NCBI RefSeq assembly: GCF_006345805.1
Contig: NC_042998.1
Location: 82,212,001-82,276,000, forward strand
Reading direction: 5' to 3'
DNA: 64,000 bases
Source of the DNA: Octopus sinensis
Taxonomy: Eukaryota
Shown here in pieces: positions 54,629 through 64,000 of the stretch. Position numbers and translations under genes: made by a program. Position 1 is the first letter of the stretch. Each line of letters starts with the position of its first letter. The notes under the pieces are model-generated. The model saw only the letters and a program-made list of their open reading frames with translations, was not told the DNA's origin and searched no databases.

Positions 54629-55384
54629 TTATTATTTATTATTATACTGTACTATTGTAATAAACTTGAACTCAGGTGAATTATGATATCAAAATGGAAA
54701 CCTATGACTTATTAATTATATGTATTTCCTAAATAAGGACGATCAAGAGTTGTCGTTGCTGTCATTGTTTGCTTATCCACATGTCAACTCCAATCGATGT
54801 AACTGATCATCAAATCTATTTCAATAGTCACTTGCATTGTCATCATTTTTGGGGCATGTCTAGATTATATTACTAACTTAAATGTATCCCCCTTATTAAG
54901 GACGGCAGAACTGTTAAGAACCGCTATAAAGCCTGCTTTCACCCGTACATTTTATGTTAAAACTCCTTGGGATCTAAGTCACATAGCAGCCGGACACTTC
55001 TGGGACTGCTAGACTTACACAGAATATGAGTTTAGAATAAACAATCAAGAAAATGTATTAAACTATTTTATAGAACTAATCACTTTTCCAATTAAATAAG
55101 TTATTATTTTAACAAATCTCAGATATTTATTAGTTGTTACTGAACGCTATTTTTTTTATTGCTATGCGATTTGGAGAGAGTTTCTGTCTATCGTATGCAC
55201 ACGCAAACTTTCAAGATAACTGATCTGCAATACCTGCAAATATAAAATCGACCATAACGTTGATTTCGAATGAATACCACTCTAAAGTGCACTGAAAATA
55301 GAAATATTGATTTTTTACGCAGTACTGTCATTATTTCACTAGCACACTAGTGACACCAACAACTTTGCAATTGTGGTTAAAAGG

Positions 55385-55452
55385 TGTTGCGAGTTACATT
55401 CTGCTAAGTATTTCGCCCGGCGTGCTAAAGTTTCTGCCAGCTCGCTGCCTTC
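55385..55452 (-). mobile_element. SINE family C head fragment
   Basis: ctaagtatttcgcccggcgtgctaaagtttctgccagctcgctgcctt. Confidence 0.7.
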
Positions 55453-57283
55453 TGCGAGTTACATTCCTTGAAATCCCTATAGGACTTGTAATACGAGTTA
55501 CAAGTCGTGGATGTGGGGACTATGTGGTCAAATTGTTTCTGACTCAAGCAAGTATGATTACCTTTACATATCTTAGGGAAAACGTTTTACAACTCACCCG
55601 AATATATATAGAGCCGATAACCAGGTTTTGTTCCTGCTGTATTAAGTAGATGGAAGGTGAATATTTCTCTTGGGTATATGTATTGGTGTCTGATGTTTCC
55701 ACGAAAGACATAATAATAAACTTATTCCGATGTCATCCCAGACAGAACTTACTGCAATAAATTAATTATATTATCGGCAATGACTTGATGTGAAATATAT
55801 TTGTATTAGCCATAGACTAAAATGCAACGTCGGGGAAAATACACTAGCTGCGAACTGGCTACCTCCTGTTCATCTACCATCTGAATTCTCTTTTATCAAG
55901 ATAATAGATGTAGAATGTATTTTAATTAGTATTGGAAAATTAATCAAATCGAATTCCGATAAATTATTCTTTTTATTAATCTATTTGTTTACGATAATGT
56001 TTCGCTGAGCTATAAATTGTTGTAAATCTAAATTATACACCCACGCCTCGTTATTGGACTCTAGAAAATAAATACAATGGTATGAACCCAGACTTAATAG
56101 CTCACATTATTTATTTTTCTTTTTCTATATTCGAAAACAATTGAGGTTAACATTTCGTCCCAACCATCTTAAACTAGAAAGCACGTTGTATAACACAGTA
56201 AGACATCCTCATTAATCTTTAAAAGATATCCAACAGAGAAAACTCTTTTCGATTAAATGTAAACACATCTGTTTGTATTTCAGTATACATTGATATATAA
56301 CGTAAAACAATCACTTTCAGACAGTATAGCAATTACTGCAAAGTAAATAATTTAAGTATCTGCAAATAGCAGACTTTAAGGAGGTTTTAATCCTCAGTTG
56401 AATTAAAGTAGCTCCATTCTTTCCAATAATGCTTCGATATCTCTATAAACATTGTACTATTTTAATACTTTCCAACAACTTTAAGGACCGTCTATGTATT
56501 CACCCAACAGGATTGTGCTAATAGTCATATCTTCCTTAAACGGCGCCTTACATTCTAAATAGGGTAACACACAGGAGAATAAAACCCTATGTCTGATTTA
56601 TAAACATGAAGGTCATACTTGGAACACATTTGATCACAGGTCTATCAGTGACAACTGACCTGGAACTAAATAAGAACATGATAGCTATGTGAATAATTCA
56701 ACACAGTGCTTGGAGTTGGCTTGGGAGATATAGATCAGCATTCAATTACTAAATCCATATAGAGATTAATGTAGTGTTTGAAATTCAATTCTTTCAAATC
56801 ACAAGCCCTGCAAATTCTAGTGGGAAGCTAAAGCTATCAAAATTTTGCAAACCGTGTATTGTTTTATTTGTTTCCTATTATTTGTTAACTTGTGAAAAGA
56901 CAAAACTTTACGCTGTATTATATAATTATTGTTTCCGGTATTTCCCTACATTTTAAAACATATAAAAGGCAATGCTTTCCACTGCTATCGAAAACGCAAA
57001 ATACAAATAAAATATCCTATATTTTCTGTTTCGCTTACATTTTTCAACAAATGTTGGACAGGATGGCTCTTTAAATCATTACAACGGAGACATGTTTTGC
57101 ATCTTCCATGTCCATGTAATCCAATAGTTTAGATGATGATTAAAATGTTTTATCATCCGTTTTGTAAATCATATATACGTGTGTATATATATATATATAT
57201 GTACGTATGTGTATGTGTGTGTATGTGTGTGCATGTGTGTGAATGTGTGTATATATGTTATAATATATGATATGATATATATA

Positions 57284-57314
<31 letters not shown>

Positions 57315-57437
57315 CATATATGCACAGTACATTTATATATGTATGTATATGTGTGCAGTGGGCATATAAAAAAATTCATATGTATATACATATGTGCGCA
57401 TATATATATATATACATATATATATATAGATATATAT

Positions 57438-57485
<48 letters not shown>

Positions 57486-57488
57486 TAT

Positions 57489-57523
<35 letters not shown>

Positions 57524-58304
57524 TATAGATAGATTGATAGATACATACATACATACGTACATACATATACATGTCTGTATGTATGTATTTATGTATATAT
57601 ACATATGCACACTTATGCATTCGCACACACACACACATACACACACACAAGAGCGAATTGATAATTACCTTATAATATATGAATTATTTATTTGTTTACT
57701 TCATAAATATTCCCGATGGATAACGCTTTTACGTGTTGAGATGTCTGAAATATGAGCCTGAAAAACTCACTTTTTTCGCTGAAGTGCTTATTTCCGCTCT
57801 ATCTTATTAATTTTACATAAATCTCTTGTGGTCACCACAATGCATTCATATTAAAATGTCAACGAAATCTAGGGATTTATAAATTCACTGATGTCAACAT
57901 TAGTTTCTGTTAAACATTTCCGCCCTGTATCAGTGATATATATGTGCGATTCATCGATCTAGAGCCTTTCATGAACAATGTTATTTCCTTTCAAAAGATT
58001 GTTACCCAGCAATAACATGAAAGACAAAACATTGCTACGTGTATTGATAAGGTCGATAATATAGCAATATAAACTCTTACAGCTGGTCATAAAAATGATA
58101 AAGACGCCGTATCAAGATTTCACATCCTTGTTCAACTTAGACAATTCAAGGGTACTAAATATAAACAGATAATGCTGATGATGACGACAACAGCAGCGAC
58201 GATGATGATGAGAATGATAGTAACAACAACGGTCTTGACGACAATTACCGCGATAACGAAAATGATGATGATAAATACCATATGTTGAGGAAAATGTCCT
58301 TCAT

Positions 58305-59215
58305 GTATCAGTTTGGTACGAAAGTTCTAGGACACTTTTAACATATCACTTTATTAACAATTAAAAGATCAGCAAAGAACAATCAATCCTAAATGTAATC
58401 ACTTTCGTTATTGATCACCTTTTGCCATCTTTCAGGCAAAGTTTTGAATCCTTTCATCCAGAAATCGCGTGCCTTTGAATCAATAACGTGGCAAAGGAAC
58501 GATTTCACATCTTCATTTTCGAACTTTATATCGCCAATTGCGCGTTGCAAGGTAGAGAATAAGTGATAGTCGGAAGAGGCAAGGTCAGGAGAATACGGTG
58601 GGTGCACCATAATCTCCCAGCCTGCTTCCTTCAGCTTCTCTGATGTCTTCTTTGCACGATGTTCTGGCGCGTTGTCTTGGTGCTAAAATATCGTCTTCGA
58701 ATTTGTGCGTTTTTCGGCCAGCGCGATCTTTAGATGGTAAATTTGTTTGCAGTAAACATCCTTGTCAACGGTGGTATAACATGGGAAAAGATCCAGCTTG
58801 ATCACACCACGGCAATCCCACCAAACTAAGATCATCACCTTGTTTTGCACAAACGGTCCTTTTGGCGAAGGTGTTCGCTGTTGACCTTTGCTACACCAGA
58901 ATCATCTGCGCCTCACGTTGGAGTACAGGACCCACTTTTCATCCATAGTGATTACTGACTCCAACCAATCGAATCTTCGGCTTCACCAGAGCAGATTTTG
59001 ACATGCGGTGATACGTGCTTGTTTGTTCGCTTCAGTCAATTCATGTGGTACCCATTTTCCAAGCTTGCTGACCTTGCCGAGTCTTTATATTGTCACAATA
59101 GGCACGCTGGCTGCTCCTGATTGGTCGGTGACGCTGATTGGTTGCGGGATTGAAGGCGGCTTTGTTGCCCAAGAACTTGCATATCAATGCAATAGAATTC
59201 TTTAATTAAGCATTA
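58305..59215 (-). mobile_element. Mariner transposase remnant
   Basis: Minus translation SIVTMDEKWVLY, HQDNAPEH, HPPYSPDLASSDYHLF...LPERWQKVI; disrupted; only one end recognisable. Confidence 0.9.
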
Positions 59216-60420
59216 ACACATCCTCGTATATCTTATTTGTATGCAAACGAAGTGTTGTTCTCTAGGCAACATCACCTTATAAGGCGGTTAAGAAAACTTT
59301 GTCCCAACAGATGTAACATGAATTGGATTCCAGGATACAGAAATGTCCTGTATGTTATACAAACAAGCAGAGTATTCTAATATACAGGCTTTTCCCATTT
59401 CTATTTGGCATTTTAGATGTAGAAAGTAATTGCAAATACATTTGAAACTGAAGTCAAGGATCAGGTTACTTAGTCAGTCTTCGATAACACCAGCACTAGC
59501 CAAGATTAAAAAGCATATTGGGAACGTACAAATAGAAAATGCTGTCGAACACAAACACGAGACAAAGAAAGGGATCGTATGGAGAGGACAAATTTAATGA
59601 GTTTAGCCGAGAAAAATAGAATATATGCAATAAAAATGTTAAGTCATGTTAAAGGGTACGTCAATATAATATTTTGGCATTGGAATTTGAACATTAATCA
59701 TATAAACTTGGAAGATTAGGAGACTGGTTAATTCACTTACTTCAACAGACTTTTTTTATGTAACTAGATTAATAACAGGTACTGAAGAAAATTACGCACA
59801 TGAATATATATTAGTGTACTAGTCTAGAATTTTTTTATCTTATATTTTATAAACTTTGTTTCTGTACAGGTACAAACATGCCTTCATTCTCACACTTAGA
59901 CACATGCAAACTGGCGTACTTACATCAACAATGCAGTTTCTAGATTGATACAGACGCACACTTAGGTAGTTAGGTAGATAATATCAATTGGTTTTCATTA
60001 AATTAGAAACAAAAGCAGAGTCAATGTATGTAATGTTCAAACAATATATTATTAGTTATGACATAATATTGTCGGATGGCATTATTCAGGGCTAATGCTA
60101 CAATAGTATTTTGATGTGTTATCTGCCATCACCAATTATATATTGTATCAATATATATATATATATATATATATATAACTATAATTATATATTATTTATG
60201 CTGATACTATATGCTCCATTAAGAGTGACTTAACGTAAACAAGTGGCTGAAAAAAAGACATTTATATGTGTATTTAATAATAATTTCAGGGAATATTATT
60301 CCAACTTACAGGGAGAAATTCAATTTAGAAATACTAAATCAAATTTCACAAAATATAATATATATATAAATTAGAAAAATATACCTTTTATCAATTGAAA
60401 ATGAAAAATTAAATTGCACC

Positions 60421-63290
60421 ATCTAGAAAATTACATATAATAGAAATATTAAATATAAGATTAAAAAATATACCGATGATTAAGTAATGTGCAAAATAAT
60501 CAATAAAACGTATATATTTGGTAGAATAAAGACACATGTTTCCTGGCTATATTTAAGAAATGATTATAGTAAAAATATTAGTAGTAGTAGTAAAATCACT
60601 TCAGTATAAATATAGCCACTCATCCGGTGAAAAATAACTACAATAATAAAATAATTAATTAATAAATATACGTAAATAATCTTTTAAAAATAAATATATT
60701 CTTTAATATATATATATATATATATAAGATACAAAATATACATTAAGTGAAAACTATATACAACAATTTCAACTATATACATTAAATCAAATTATTAATA
60801 TATTTATTTAATAAACATCCAAATACAGTCTACTACCCATTAAGCAATTAAAACTTAAAATTAATTACTTTACACAATGCTAGTATAAGCCAAAAATTCT
60901 GGAATCAAAAATAAGAAATGGTTAGAATTTAGACACACCCATTATATAAACTAACAATAAAACTGATATATATGTAGTATCTATAGATTTAATATATCAC
61001 TCAATAATATAGTTGACCAAAATATCAATTAATATCAGAACTAATTTACTTAAATGTAACACTACTTGATAAATATACCGCCTAGTTATTAAATAATGTA
61101 TTATCTAACAAAATTAATTCTCAAATTAAATTATATGTAATACGTTATATCCGTTTATAAAAATAATAATAAATCATTCTTAATAAATAGATATCGTAAT
61201 TAATAACTATCATAACTTATAACTATCAATATATATATAAATAATAATATTTCAACAACAATAATAATAACAATAATAATAACAATAATAATCAAACCCA
61301 ATATTATTCAAAAGCCAAATAATATTTATAAGCAAAAACCGTTACTTAGCTTGTCGATGAAAATAATATAACTGAATTTTAAACGTAAAAAAATATATAG
61401 GTCTTAGTACTTATAAAAGTTAAACCCGTGAAGTCTTAGTGTAAACAAATTAAATAAATTATCAATGAAAATGGCGAAAACAATTTACTAATGAAAAGTA
61501 CGAAAAACATCTAAGCCCCACAAATTAAAGAAAGGTACGAAAATATTAGAACGAATGAACAACACACTATGAAGACATTCAGCTACAACCGACAGTCCAC
61601 TACAAATCCAGTCAATAACAATAATAATAATAACAATCAAACTCAATATAATATAAAATCCAAATAATATTGATAAACAAAGTTCCTAAGCTTATCGATT
61701 AAATTAATACAACTGGATTTTAAATGTATAAATATATGTCTTAGCGCCTTAATTAATATACCCAATGCTAGTACAAGTCATAAATGATGGAATCAAAAAT
61801 AGGAAATAGTTCAAATATACACAAACCCATTATATAAACTAACTATATTATTAATATATATGTAGTATCTATAGATTTAATATTTCACACAATAATAAAG
61901 TTGACCAACATATTAATTAATATAAAAACTAATTTACTTAAATGTAATACTACTTGATAAAAATACCACCTAATAATTAAATAATGTATAGTCTAACAAA
62001 ACTAATTCTCAAATTAAATTATATGTAATACGTTAAATCTGTTTATAAAATTAATACTAAATCATATTAAATACATAGATATCATAACTAATAACGATCG
62101 TAACTAATAACTGTCAAGAAACTATAAATAAAAGTAATAATAGTTCAACAACAACAACAACAACAATAATAATAATAATAATATCAAACCAAAAACAATT
62201 CAAAATCCAAATAATATAGATAATCAATAAAACAACATAAATAATAATATTTCAACAACAATAATAATAACAATAATAATCAAACCCAATATTATTCAAA
62301 AGCCAAATAATATTTATAAGCGAAAACCGTTACTTAGCTTGTCGAAGAAAAAATATAACTGAATTTTAAACGTAAAAAAATAGTCCTTAGCGTTTATAAA
62401 ATTTAACGCGTGAAGGCTTTGTGTAAACAAATAGAATAAATTATCAATGAAAATGGCGAAAACTATTTATCAATGAAAAGTACGAGAAAACATTTAAGCC
62501 TCATGAACTAAAGAAAGGTGAGGAAAAATACAGCATATGAACAATCTAACATGAAGACACCCAACTGCAACTAACAGCCCACTATTAATAATTCAATAAC
62601 AATAACAACAACAACTATTAATCCCATATAATGCAAAATCCAAACAATATTGATAAACAAACAACGTTACTTAGCTTGTTGAGAATATAATATAACTAAA
62701 TTTTAAACGTAAAAGTATAGTTCTTAGCGTTTATAAGAAATTAAACTCGTGGAGACGTTGTTTAAAGAAATAGAATAAATTATCAATGAAAATGGCGAAA
62801 ACTATCTATTAATGAAAAATACAAAAAATATTCAAGTTTCATGAATCAAAGAAAAGTAATGAAAATAGGATAACAAGTATTGCTTGTTCATCAATACTAC
62901 CCGGAACCTACATCCCACTGTACCCGACTATCATTATTATTACCATCACTGCTACTAACCCAATCTACAACAAACCGCCAGCTACCACCAAATGTCTTCA
63001 CAGCCGACTACCCTTTACCACCCATCTTTTTTAAGAGATTATTTACGTATATTTATTAATTAATTATTTTATTATTGTAGTTATTTTTCACCGGATGAGT
63101 GGCTATATGTATACTGAAGTGATTTTACTATTACTAATATTTTTACTATAATCATTTCTTAAATATAGCCACGAAACAGGTGTCGTTATTCAACCAAATA
63201 TATACGTTTTATTGATTATTTTGCAGATTACTTAATCATCGATATACTTTTTATCCTATATTTAATATTTCTATTATATGTAATTTCTGA
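60421..63290. mobile_element. AT-rich ~2.9-kb element with ~260-bp inverted arms, internal nested duplications and hammerhead-like motifs (family I)
   Basis: 60425-60685 is the reverse complement of 63035-63290; internal ~890-bp duplication (60876 versus 61764) and ~370-bp sub-repeats (about 61290, 62280, 62660). Confidence 0.82.
63089..63187 (+). ncRNA. Hammerhead-like motif, U4G variant with 10-bp stem II
   Basis: cac CGGATGA GTGGCTATAT (54 nt) ATATAGCCAC GAAAC AGGT GTC gt; mirror copy on minus at about 60528-60629. Confidence 0.6.
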
Positions 63291-64000
63291 AACCACATGG
63301 TTGCAAACTCAGCTTCTTAACTACGCAGTCGTGCGTTCTCTAGCTGAACGTTTTTAATTATCTCGGTTAAATTATATAATGCTTTATATAGCTGTCAGTT
63401 AAATTACATTATATGTTGTATGGTTTTCTATGAACAAATATGTTAGATTAGATAAGTTTCATATCTACGGCCCCTCTCGATAGGAAAAGATATTACAGAC
63501 AATCTCATCTCAATGTTGCGAGTGAAAGTAACATTTTATTATATATAAGCGTTTCGTTTAGGAACAAACTCTTTCACTTTTACCAACAAATTAGATTGGT
63601 ACCATTACAGCAATAGCAATAGAATAAGAGATACCTGTTATAGAATAGTGTTGGACTTTCCATTTCTAACGATACTCGTTTTAGTTAACCTATGAGACTA
63701 GCATCTCTCTTAAGATCATAAACGGCATGGCTGTTATTTCTCCTTTTCTAAAAACATTAGGCATCAAAGAGAATGACATCACAGCAAATATATCAATGAA
63801 GGTTATAATATCCCAACATCACACGTAAAACTGAAGTTAGGTATGATGAAATATTAAGAAATGCAGAGTATCTTTCTATCATGTAGGAGGGCAGGAAATA
63901 GAAAGCATTTTAGATTCGTGGAATAAACTATTTAGCGTAGATTAGATTTCTCCTGTCAATATCTATTTGAAACATTTCTAGGTAAGTCTTCAGAAAAAAA

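Noticed and set aside
61340-61395. TCGATGA-AAAT..ATTT-TAAACGTA in the internal sub-repeats (also about 62330 and 62670)
   Set aside because: G12 is absent in all three copies, the core differs among copies and there is no stem I; such matches are easy to obtain in AT-rich DNA

Overview
AT-rich, microsatellite-dense eukaryotic DNA with no confidently supported host gene. From recall, the tRNA-derived SINE families look like octopod cephalopod (Octopus-like) repeats; this is inference, not a database result. The window is almost entirely transposon debris: Tc1, maT-like and mariner transposase remnants, four CR1-like LINE copies, three Penelope-like (PLE) RT/GIY-YIG remnants, two non-autonomous Helitrons, an RTE-5'UTR-like element in two copies, three SINE families, tandem arrays and foldbacks. 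The main result is that about nine unrelated repeat families each carry a minimal type I hammerhead-ribozyme (HHR)-like motif with a palindromic or near-palindromic stem III. Many have non-canonical cores: U3-A8, A3-U8, U4C/U4G, U10.1-U11.1, and A6Y plus an extra A. These motifs sit in inverted terminal arms and in retrozyme-like tandem arrays (545, 421 and 358 bp units). HHRs in PLE pseudo-LTRs and retrozymes are established. The diversity and variant cores here are read by eye and untested. All coordinates were counted manually and element boundaries are approximate.
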